This document shows, one piece after another, positions 52,281-64,000 of a DNA stretch of 64,000 nucleotides. Where the stretch lies: contig OZ024740.1 of assembly GCA_964016885.1 (NCBI GenBank), forward strand, positions 384,648,001-384,712,000, read 5' to 3'. The notes under the pieces are model-generated. The model did no database searches and was not told the DNA's origin. It worked only from the letters and a program-made list of their open reading frames with translations. Each line of letters starts with the position of its first letter. The first letter of the stretch is position 1. Position numbers and translations under genes: made by a program. This stretch comes from Eledone cirrhosa (Eukaryota).

Positions 52281-53913
52281 TAGTTGGGTGTTCTACAAAC
52301 AGGTGTGCTCTTCTCGTAATTCTCAGGCAGAAGCAGCGTGACTCAATATGTGAAAATGGCTAGGGATTTCAATTACAGGTACAATCCCTCCGATAAACAT
52401 ACACCCACATAGTTTCCACTTCATTCAATTTAATTCACACGGGTTAGGTCGATCCGAACCTATGTTAAAGACATTTTTTCAAGCTGCCACGCGATGAGAC
52501 TGGACCGGGGACTTCATGACTGCGAGGTAAAATACTTAGCCCTCAACCATCACTGAATAATAGCTTATATTCAATCATTTGTTACCACCACCAAAAATTT
52601 GAAATTATATGTCGCATCCGACAGGAGTTGAACTCAGAGAGTAAAGAAGCATGACGACTAAATAAATACCACATAGAAGTGTGTCCACTGATCTAAACAT
52701 TTTGGCAATCAACCTCCCAACAAGCGAACAATATTAACAAATATGTCTACTGTAATTGGGATTTGAAGGAAGAAAAGAAACGTGACATTTTTTAGCGTCA
52801 TTTTCTTCTGATAGAAATAATAAACTAAGGTTTATTATTATTTTTTTGTCTTTTCGTCGTGCTGTATTCAATCTTTTGGAAAGGCGATAACTAATTCGTA
52901 ACCTTCTTTGATTTTCTTATAGATTGCGTAGGTTTATTGTTTCTTCCATACAAACTTTCTCACAAACAAGAAGCAGCTATATTAACTATATGCTTTTCAA
53001 TTCCTTCTCTTGAACAATGATGAAAAGGTCTTATTTATGGTTAATTTGTTGAGATGAAAAATAGCAATTGCTGATTGTATTTTCTCACCCTATTCTGCAA
53101 TAGGTGTCCAGTCTTTGATTCCATGTTTTATAGTATTATATCTTTGATATATTGTTTTCGTTTGTCACGTATTTGTGATATATTTTTCCAATCTGGACCA
53201 AACGTTGAACAACAAACGCCGAACAACACACTGGCTTTTAACCTTTAGACTCCATCGTCTATATGAAGAAGAAAAATATTTGTTTTGAATCATCAATTTT
53301 CTTGGAACTGCATATTTACGACACTATGTTAAAGAGAGGAAAAAGAAAAGAAAAACTAACCTTATTACATCTTCTTCTGAATATTTCTTTTTTCATTGTC
53401 ATATTTTCTAATGCCCTTCTACTATGATTCTCATAACTCTAGTGAGACATCTCGTAAACATATACATATTATAGGCACATGCATATATATATACACTTCC
53501 GCACACACATACAACATACATACGTCTAAAATACCATTCCTGTTTCCGATTAACACTAAGAATGTCCCTACATCCCGGAAATAAATTGGTTGGCGTACAG
53601 CCCTAGTTCAAGAATGCGCGGCCACCTGTATGCAGGCAACACCTTTGAAGCTGCTAATATCCATACACCCCGGCGCACGTCGGGATCCAGAAAAAATCAT
53701 TCGTACCTTCAAAATCCCAAATTCTCTTAAGCAAGAAAGCCACTCCGTCCAACCCTCCAACCTAATATGCATACATCATATAGTAATCGAAGATAGGTAC
53801 TAAAGTGTGTCTCCGAAAATATTTTTTAGCTGATGGCTATCACATCTATAGGAGGCATTGAAAATGTCACCTTGATTTTAAGCCCACTAGAGAATAATAT
53901 AGAATATTATTAA

Positions 53914-54102
53914 ACGGTGGATTGGCAGTATCGGTAGAGTCGGACACCATGCTTTGAAGCATAGAGTTACGTCCCTTTATGATCTGAGTTCAAATCCCGC
54001 CGAGGTTAAATTTGTCTTTCATCCTTACGGGGTCGATAAAATAAAGTACCAGTAATACACTGAATAATTGCTGGCCTTGTGCCAAAAGTAGAAACAATTA
54101 TT
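53914..54102 (+). mobile_element. SINE S1
   Basis: A box TGGCAGTATCGG, B box GAGTTCAAATC, same body as 7128. Confidence 0.9.
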
Positions 54103-55459
54103 AAACGGAGACCGCGCCAACTTCATCCCGAAAATATTTTAACTAATACTTTGCTAACGAGGCTCTCTGTATATAAAGAATATGTTGATATGTGATATTG
54201 GTAGACATAAATACGAACATACACGCATACACACATATATGTAATAACTGTTCATCGCATAATTTCCGACAATCAGCATGATGTGGAATGAAAAGAAAAA
54301 GAGATTATATTTGTTCAGGATAAATGGTGCTTTTCTCTTTCGCTCACCAGTTGGTTAGGTTGGACACATGCCGGGCGACTTCTTATTTTTTTCTTCCTGT
54401 TATAAATTTGAAAATTCTCACCTTATTTTGCAATTCGTCCTTTATCTTGTAAATGTTCGAAGTTGTTTTTGATGCGGTTATTGTTGTACTCCCTCTCCAA
54501 CATATATTTTGGTTGCAATTTATGTATGTTACTGAGTGTTTTAAAATATCTTTAGGGATTTTTTTCTGGTGATTGTTGTGATGTGTGCTGATGGTATAGT
54601 TGCTGATTTGACTCTTGAAGTATCAATAACAGCGGCAGCATTATTATGTAATTCTTGGTGATATTGCTACTGTTATTTATAGTGATGCTACTGCTGCTGT
54701 GGTTGTTGTTATTACTAGTGATGCTATTGTTGTTTTTTGCTATGATTGCTTCTGTAGTATATGTTATAGGTTTTGTTTCTGTGTCTGTAGGTGATATTAT
54801 TGTTGTTGCTTTTGCTATTTTTGTCGCTTGTGTTGTTGCTATTTGTCTGCTGTAGACAGAAATCATTCAAATATTTTGATACTTTGGGAGGTTTATGATA
54901 CCAATAAAAACATGCATCTGTTAGGTTTCACTTTAGTTTATCATTATAATTTCCCGGTCGGTTAATTTAGAAGATGGTGTAAAAGAGAACAAAGAGGAGA
55001 TACAAAGTACCAACAAAAATAGTCACTGAGGAAGTCACGAATGAGCTTTGTCAACAAATAAATAACCATCCGGTTATTAAATTAACCGACCGGGAAATTA
55101 AATAAATCGAAGTGAAACCCAACAGATGCGTGGTTTCAATGGTTGCATGAGCTTCCCAATGTATAACATTAACTGTTTCCAAACATACTTTCAGATAATA
55201 AAACGTTGCAAAAGACATACAGCAACTGAAATAGTTTTTATCATATGTGTGGCAATTGAATCTTATATAATCAAGACGGGCAAACAGCTGTTTGTCGATT
55301 GACAATCCGATCAGGACATGGATCTCTCCATGTTCTACTTAGTTGGAGGCCTTAGCTCTACCGTACTACACCTTCTGCCACGAGTGACGAAGGTTTTACG
55401 CCTTCACATCGCCCTCAAGCAACGCGCGACTTATGCACGTGTCTGACTTTCAGTATGTC

Positions 55460-58295
55460 CAACCTAAAGTCCAACCCCTCCTCAACGTGGCAGGGCGGAG
55501 GCAACGGGAAGTGTCAGAGTTATGCCCTGGGGAACTTCGGTTCCTGGTAGGGCCACCCAAGGCGGATTGGTCTGGCACCCAGCGGTATTAGGGCCGCAAC
55601 CCGGCAAAAGAGGCTCCGGTGAAAATCCAAGAGGTGTCTGCTCCGGTAACCGGCGGCTTCGGGTCGTTTCTGTCTCTGTGTCTGTGGAGAATCTGCGGCA
55701 AACAGGACGTTTTTCCCCCTTGTTCGGGATATACATGCGGGTTTTTTGGGGGACCGCTTGTGAATTCACTACTCCCATGACACTTCTTCCATGAATCCTA
55801 CATATACGAACTATGAAACCAAATTGCCTTCCCGCGACGAACGCAATGCAAAGCAACAGCGCTCCTACCGCTATGGCTCTACAGACTACTCCCGCAGTAG
55901 TCCCGCTCTTCAGACAAAGGAAGGAATTGAGGGTGGCGTGCTGGAACGTCCGAACATTTCGTGACGACGGTGTCCAGGCACTTACAATGAAGGCTCTGCA
56001 CAGGTACTGCGTTCCTGTGCAGGGGACATCTACCACTTGTAACATAGTAGTGTGACTGATAACAGTGGCCTCACGGGATCGCTGTAGCGCTCAGCCCCGA
56101 CTGTAAGCAGCTCTGCTGGCGTGGCAGCCGATCTCCCACCGACTCGCGCTGGTTCGATTGAAGGGTCAAATCTCCAACGTCAGCGTAATTGCCTTCTACG
56201 CTCCCACACTCACGAGGCGGACCTTACGCAGTTCTATGCTGATCTCCAAACAATCGAGGATGGCGTCCGCTCCAGTGATGTTCTCGTTGTCGCTGGGGAC
56301 TGGAAGCGCGGACAGGGCCAGCTGATGATACAACAGGGCATATTCTAGGACGCTTCACCCTAAGCATACGCTGTGACAATGGTGAACGGCTCGTGTCCTT
56401 CGCGGATGCCAATCGTCTTATCGTCACCAACACCCGGTTCCAACATAATCGGCGTCACCTCGTCACGTGGCGATCCAATGACAGAAGAACGGCCAATCAG
56501 ATTGCCTACATCCTGGTCAGATCTCGTTGGGCGATTTCAGTGATGGACTCGCGTGCGTATCGTGGGGCTAATACGGGCAGTCAGCATGGGTCAGACCATA
56601 CTCTTGTTCGAGCAACCCTTCGTCTGCGGCTGCGGGCGAAACCTCCTCCCAACCGCCAGAAAAGGATCGATATCTCGCGACTCAAGCTCGATGCTGGAAA
56701 TGCTTTCCGGCTAGACTGTGAAACCGATTCCAAATGCTGAGTAACGAAATGGAATAGCAACCGGAGCAGGAGTGGAACGCGCGCTGGGCGGCGACGGTTG
56801 GGCAGGGAGTATCTCGGGTCGCCCCGAAGACGCCATCGGGACTGGATCTCCGGCGGCACACTTGAACTCGCGGAGAGGGCGAGAGTCGCCCGACTCGAGG
56901 GTGCACTTAGTCTTTGAGATATCCGACGTCGCACATCTCGCGCTATTCGGGCAAATCGGAATGCACACTGGCGCGAGTTTGCGGAGCAGACGGAGAGTGC
57001 AGCAGCCTGTGGTGACTCGCGCAAGGTCTACCAACTGGTGAAGCGGGTCAGCCGAAGCAGTACGGGTATCAGCGAGACTATCCGTGATCGGAACGGGGCG
57101 GTCATTACCAATCTTAATGACCGGCTAGTCCGATGGTGGGACCATTTCTCCGAAATGTTCAACCACCCGTCACCATCCACGCCAACCTACTTGCAGCCTT
57201 CCAGAGAAGAATACGGGTGCAGCACTGCCCCTCCAACGGTCGAGGAGGTACATGGTGTCCTGACACATCTCCAGAACAAAAAGGCGCCGGGCGAGGATGG
57301 CGTTCCAGTTGAGGTCTACAAGGCCGAGACTGATGTCTTCGCAGCTTGGCTCCATCAAGTCTTCTGCTGAAGAGGTTCCAGGAGAAGGGAGAAGGGAGAA
57401 GGGTCGTGGTGACGGACCTGACCTACGTGGATGACATCGTGCTGATGGGCCCTAACGGGACAGATGTACAAGGTGCTCTCGAAAGGGTGCACACTGCAGC
57501 CGCCGCTGTTGGTCTACGAATCAATGCCACCAAGTCGAAAGACATGACGTCACTGGTCACGCCTGATGCCTGGCAGCCGATATCTCTTGAGGGCGTGGGC
57601 CTGGAGGATGTGGAGTCCTTCATTTACCTGGGCTCAACAGTGGTTCCAACGGGACAGGGCGCAGCCGAGGACAAGCGTCGCATAGGTGCTGCCATATCCG
57701 CTTTCGGGCGCCTCCAGCGGTGTCTGTGGGACAGAAGAGGGATCACCTCGGCGATCAAAGGGCGTATCTACCAGGCCGTCGTTCACACTATCCTCCTCTA
57801 TGGCTCTGAAACATGGCCTATGAGGGTAGTCGATTAACGAGGGCTGGAGGTCTTCGACAATAACTGTCTTCGCCGCATTCTTCGCTGCCGACGCGTTGAT
57901 TGGGTACCTACCACCAGTATTCGTCTTCGCCTGAATCTTCGACCCCTTCTTTCAGTGCTTCTGCAACGGCGCTTGAGATGGTTTGGTCACGCAGCCCGGC
58001 GCCCTGAGGGTGAGCTGATCCGCGATGTTCTCCTCCCACCTCCACTCCCTATTGGCGCAAGCGCGTTGGCGGGCAGCTGAAGACCTGGGCAACGACGATC
58101 AAGGAGGACCTCTCCGAACTCTCAGGTCCGCAAGTGGTCGGCCTGCGCCATGGAACCGTGACTGGCTCGCTATCTCCAGTGACCTAGCTCGGGACTGTCG
58201 TGCGTGGGCTGCCATGGTTCGGGATGCCGTCAGGACAAGGGAAGAAGCCGGATCAACCCGTCCAGGGTGAATGTCGACACAAGTAAGTAAGTAGT
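55460..58295 (+). mobile_element. RTE-clade LINE with 14-bp TSD and internal deletions
   Basis: TSD ACTTTCAGTATGTC at 55446-55459 and 58296-58309; (AAGT)n tail; GC-rich body against an AT-rich background. Confidence 0.92.
55813..58270 (+). pseudogene. APE endonuclease + reverse transcriptase, disrupted
   Basis: APE: LRVACWNVRT, YAPT, VVAGDW, TW.SND..NQI.YILV, GSDH.LV. RT: KAPGEDG, DLTYVDDIVL, F.YLGS, LLYGSETW, RRLRWFGH. The central RT region between KAPG and YVDD is deleted near 57365. Confidence 0.9.
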
Positions 58296-58934
58296 ACTTT
58301 CAGTATGTCAGGTATGCATCTGCATGTGTCCGTCAATTTTCGAATATTTTAAATCATACCTAGATGTTTGTTTTGTTGCAATTGAATGAGGATTAGCTGA
58401 GTTAGTATTTGTAGTGTTGGTATTACTACTAGGCATGTTGGTGTATGGTGATGTTGTTATTGCTGTTTCGTGGTTTGAAGCCAACGTGGATTCCCCTCAA
58501 TTTGATGAATGTTTTTTTAAGACAAAGAATTTTTTTTCGGCAAAGATGATTGTTTCATTGTCAATTTCCGCCTTCTCTCATTCATCATCTACACTATCTT
58601 CTTCTCCCGATGCCCAAAACGACGCCATTGTCTGTGTTTGTGTGTCTTTTTGAATATGCTTTGGCAAAACAAATGTTTTAGTGGAGATGGCCCCAATGTG
58701 ACTTGAAACAAAGAAACAGATAGTCGCTATCAGTCTCGGTCGATTCTGCAACCAAATAAGAATATAATAACAACAAATAGCCCAAAGGGCAAACAACAAG
58801 AATTATTCTCAAACTGATAAAACGAAAGGAAACACGTCAGGATAAGTCAGCAGTGGAAACTAATAACTGGAGCAATATTAGTTATTATTACTCGAAAAAG
58901 AAACTATTTTTGTTGTTTTTTTCTGCGATTGGCA

Positions 58935-58949
58935 TTGATAGCAGCAGCT

Positions 58950-59025
<76 letters not shown>

Positions 59026-59174
59026 CAGCAGCAGCTGCATTAGTATTATTATTATTATTATTATTATTCATCCTTACGGGGTCGATAAAATAAAGTACCA
59101 GTAATGCACTGGGTAATTGCTGGCCTTGTGCCTAAAGTATAAACAATTATTAATATTATTATTATTAGTAGTAC

Positions 59175-59232
<58 letters not shown>

Positions 59233-59481
59233 TTATATAAATATAACATTAAAAGAATTTGATGATGTCAAGGACAACAACGACGGCGTTGATAATGATA
59301 GTGATGATGGTGGTGGCAATGGTGGTAATGATGGCGAGGTGTTGGTGGTGGTAGTGGTGGTTTTGGTGTTAGTGGTGCTGGTGCCCGCTGTCGTCCTGAT
59401 GATGATGATGATGATGATGATGATCTTTTTGATGATGATGATGATGGTGATGATGGTGATGAGGATGATGTTGATGATGGC

Positions 59482-59514
<33 letters not shown>

Positions 59515-59570
59515 CTTACGGATGATGGTGTTGATGACTAAATAATAATAATAATAATAATAATAACAAC
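58935..59570. repeat. Trinucleotide microsatellite cluster (AGT, TAT, GGT, GAT, AAT) with a SINE S1 3' fragment at 59068-59150
   Basis: Direct inspection. Confidence 0.9.
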
Positions 59571-60746
59571 AGTAAAAGTTATTAGAATGAATGCTCAGAA
59601 GAAATATCATTCTTAAACATTATTTCTGCAGTTGCTGTGATGCATTGGTTGTGACAGTCATCTTGTTAGAATCCCGCGTGAACGGAGTTTTGTTATTGCT
59701 AATAATAGATCTTATAACTATCAATACTATCTTATTGTATTTTATTGTATTTATTTGATTTACGTTCGTTTTTTCTTTATTGTTTGTTTGTTTACTGTTT
59801 GTTTTTAAGGCCACATTTTTTGTCAATTTGTTTAGTGTTTTGTGTGTATGTGTATGTATGTTTGTGTGTTTGTGTGAATGTATGTATCTGTGAGTGTGTG
59901 TTTGTGTGTGTGTTTGTATGTGTGTGTGTGAGTGTGTGTGTATGTGTTTGTGTGTATGTGTGCGTGTTTATGTATGTATATATGTGTGTGTGTGTGTATG
60001 TGTGTTTTTGTCTGTATGTATGTGCGTGTGTGGGTGTTTCTTTTAATACTTATTTTTACCTTTTGTTTTTTTATTTGTTCTTGAAAGAGATGATCGCTGA
60101 ATGAATTATGAAGACGAAGAGAAAAGGAAAAATAAGTAGGGGAAAAAGAATGAAATGAAGAACAAAAAAAAAGTTATGGTAAAAAAAATAAAATGGAAGT
60201 ATAAATGAATAAGTGAAATGCATAAACTAGATAAATAAATAAGGACATTCAGAAGACTATTTGCTGTAAAGCATTGATTAACTTCTTTTTTGTACTGCAC
60301 CGAACATTCCAACTCACATGTGTTACAATGAATAGCTTTGATGTCGCAAAACAAGTGATGCTGTTTCGTCTTCTATTTCTTTCCTTCCTCCTGAGCATCC
60401 AGCTAAAAGGAAGAAAAAATATGAATTGCTCAGAAATTACTTTCGAATGTAAAAATGAAAGAAAAAAACAAAAGCAAGAAAAGCAATAACAATAACCACA
60501 TAATCAGATATAACAATAACAGCAGCAGGCAGTGTTATCACAAATAAGAAAACTACAAACATTAATAAATATATATAAATGAAAAGATCTATCAGAGATG
60601 GTGCGATGTTCAGTCATTTTACGCCAGTAGTTGTGGACTCAATTTCATTGTTTGTTACTCTGTATAAACTTACAATTACTAAAGGCCAAGCGGGAAAAAG
60701 AAATACACAGTGACACACACACATTTAGACGCATGTAAATATACAA

Positions 60747-60790
<44 letters not shown>

Positions 60791-60928
60791 GCTCACATAA
60801 AAATGCATATGTACATTCATATATGTATGTATATATATATATATATATATATGCTCACATATGCATGCATATGTACATACATATATGTATATATATATTT
60901 ATATATATGTTGTATGTGTATATATACA

Positions 60929-61026
<98 letters not shown>

Positions 61027-61794
61027 TGTACATATACAAATATGAATATATATATATATATATACATATCGATATACATATAAATTGTGACTAAATTGTC
61101 CGTTAATAACAAACACGGTGATAATTAACTAGGGTTTTATGTGTGTGTGTGTTGCTTTCAATGTTTTATCGATTGGTCCGAGAAAAGAAAGCTAAAATAT
61201 TTGCCATCAGTTGATTAACTAACGCTGTTATCTCAGCGATATAAAACAGACGCACAATAATTTCTATTGAAAGCAACAAACTAAAACACCGATATCGACA
61301 GATATGACGGTGCATTGAGAAAAAAGCGAGAAATTTGCTGAAAAAGCTCGTGGATTAATGTCTCAGGCTTAGTTTAAAGACAAGCCAAGTCAATGAGTAA
61401 AAACAATACCCGATATGTAAGTGTAAGCACTGATATGCTGTTGTTTATATTGTATCCTGCTAGTACACATTTAATGAAAAGCCTCCCTAGTACTATATTC
61501 AATAACAACAAAAAAATAAAGAAATGTTGTTTCCTTATTCTATGTATTGTTATTTCTTAACCTCAGATCAATCCTGAACACAAGGATCTATAATGAGAGG
61601 GTTTTAAATCAATGATCCAATTATTTCAGTTCGTTGATCACAAAGGTTTCAGTTCGATGATCCAGTCTTTTTTTCAGATCTATGATCAAAGTCGTGACCC
61701 TTCCTTCTTTTTTCTTGCCATAATACTATCAGAACTACCACTAGACGATCGGGTTTATAATATGAACGAAGGGTGGTTATTACTAGCCCGTCGA

Positions 61795-62590
61795 ATAGCC
61801 TCGTATATTTATAGACTGCCTTGTTAACTGGAACGACTGATTAAGACAACGTCGTTCTCGTTTCCTTCAACTACTAATTAATCTTTCACTTTAAATTGAG
61901 CTGTTACTTAAAGTTGTTCTCCTTGGGTGGAGCTATTAGTTTAAACCTTCCTTGTTGATTCGAGTGACGTATTAAAGAATCCCATATTGGCTTTCTCAAT
62001 ATATTAATGACGAGCGCCTTCTTGACTCGAGTGATTAAAATGATGAACTCGTTGGCTTTCACCAAGAATTTATGGTATACAAGTTGGCTATATCCTCGTT
62101 TTATAACAGATTGTTTGTCGCCTATGGGTGCCAAGTTAGAGTCTACTTCGATGACTTAAGTGATTACGTGGAGATTATGCTCGAGCGACTAAACAATGGA
62201 TACAATTTTTTCGTTGGTTTGGGTAACTAATTAAATAGTCCTTCTTCCGCGTCGGCGGTTTATTAAAAGCTACCACATTAGCTTCAGTGACTAATTAGAA
62301 CTTCTCACGGCTTGAGCGACTAATTAAAAAGTATCTCGTTGGCTTAATTGATTAATTAATGATTGTCGCGCTGGCTTGAGTATCTAATTAAAATATAGCA
62401 CTTTGGCTTGAGTGAGTAATTAGATACCTCTGCATTGGCTTGAGTGATTAATTGAATATTAATATGTAGGTTTGAGTGTCTAATTTGAAGCTCATTTGTT
62501 CTCCATCGCCTTAGCAACTTATTAAAATTGCTCTTCCATAAAAGGCGTCTAATTAAAGACTACTCATTAAATTGAGCGACTAAGTACTAG
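61795..62590. repeat. Degenerate ~32-bp minisatellite, roughly 20-25 units
   Basis: GGCTTGAGTGACTAATTAA-like motif at 62309, 62341, 62373, 62405, 62437 and 62469, and at 62216, 62248 and 62280, fading leftward. Confidence 0.8.
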
Positions 62591-64000
62591 TTGCCTTGTT
62601 CTTTTGGGATTAAGGCACTATTTAGGGTAGTATTGGCCCAGGTTTCTGCATTATTATACACTTCAAAGACAGGAAGAACAGTCTATTTAAATAAGAAAGA
62701 AATCAATTGTTTGTTATGTTCTTTGAAATTGTCGTATTTTCTGTCACTGTTTTTATAGTTGGTTTTGTCGTTGTTGCTGTTGTTTATTGTTGTTGGACAA
62801 GCCTATGAGCAAAGACATCTCATTTCTGAATATCTAGACTACGTTATCAATATATTCTCTTTTTTGCACATGGTATGTGGTGGCTTGATGGTCATTTGGC
62901 TGCTTTTTCTAGAATATAGGTTCAGCAACAGTTTAGAAGCTTTCAAGGACTCGGGGCTACAAAAGTAAAAATTTATTATTAAATAGCGATGTGGAAAGTT
63001 GACAACAGTGAGGTATTGTGGTATTTTGATATAATATTGTAGAGTACTTTAAATGGTATGATGAAATGTAGTATGTGTAGTATGATATACATTATTTAAA
63101 ATCCATAGCCTAAGAAGAGAGTTGGTGCGTGGCAAAAGAAAGACCGACCCCTTTCCATATTCCCTAATCATCAGCTATCTGCATATTTTTCACTATCACT
63201 CATCTATGTTCATCCCTATATGTTGCTCAACTACTCGTTTTAAAGTCCTTTTTTACTAGGGTATTTGTTTTCATGCATGACCATACTTGCTAGAGGTAGT
63301 ATGATTTGTTGTCCTGTTATATAAAAAAAAAAACAAAAAAAAATGCTTCCTTTTCTCGCTCTTTGACAGACGAGTTAATTGTTCGTATGATACCCCAAAA
63401 TTTGATTTCTAACACTATCATTAGTTCGATATTATGTGCATGGAATACTATGCATCATTCTCTAACTTTTAAATTCAAAAGCCGTTATCTTTTTAACTTT
63501 CAAAACCTACCGTCTATGTGTTGCAGTAATAGTCTTTGAAGGCGAATTTTTATTATTACAATCAACTTTTATCTTTCGAAACAAAGCCGACTTATGAACG
63601 GAATTCGGTAAACGGACATGGTAAGCCCGTCGACTAGACTGTACCTGTAAGTTTCACGCATGCCACACGCTGAATACACGTCAGAATTAAGATAAGAAAA
63701 CAAATATTCGTGGAATTCTCAGTCATTCGAATGTTGATGATTGAACAACAGAATACCCTTCATTGAATAAATGAATGGTTATCCTCGAACCCGACGGACG
63801 ATCTATCAGTTATTTCGGTTAATGACTATACATACTACTACGAAATATGGAGGTTCCGTTTAATCAATTTTCTATAATCTTCCTTCCTATAAAATTGTTT
63901 ACACTTTCCTTTGAAGAATCATCTGCTGAAATCATATGCATTATTAATGTGCATATAAACATACACATATACACATACATACATACATACATACATACAT

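Noticed and set aside
54552-54866. Hydrophobic 'membrane protein' ORFs (also 59117-59610)
   Set aside because: Decayed trinucleotide low-complexity sequence.
55482-57358. Minus-strand ORFs over the GC-rich segment
   Set aside because: Antisense shadows of the RTE LINE.
61795-62590. CRISPR-like repeat/spacer appearance
   Set aside because: Eukaryotic context, degenerate repeats, spacers only ~13 bp, no cas genes.

Overview
AT-rich, microsatellite-saturated animal DNA with no recognisable host exon. The SINE families and (TA)n density suggest an octopus/cephalopod intron or intergenic region (inference). Conventional content: a ~4-kb internally deleted Helitron plus two short relatives, a TSD-flanked RTE LINE, other RTE and CR1-type fragments, hAT transposase relics and many tRNA-derived SINE copies. 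The main signal is more than 20 insertions from about 10 unrelated families that sit in (TA)n tracts, mostly as fold-back inverted pairs. One arm usually stops at a fixed family-specific site and the other carries a ~45-135-nt tail. Most families carry a type-I hammerhead ribozyme (HHR) motif pointing toward the TA tract. Three are non-coding tandem or circularly permuted units of ~420, 528 and ~652 nt, i.e. retrozyme-like. The commonest family has a U3:A8 core (UUGANAA), and one copy encloses the N-terminal ORF of a Penelope-like element (PLE). I read this as a PLE/retrozyme system that targets TA microsatellites. All folds were assigned by eye; no database search or folding program was run.
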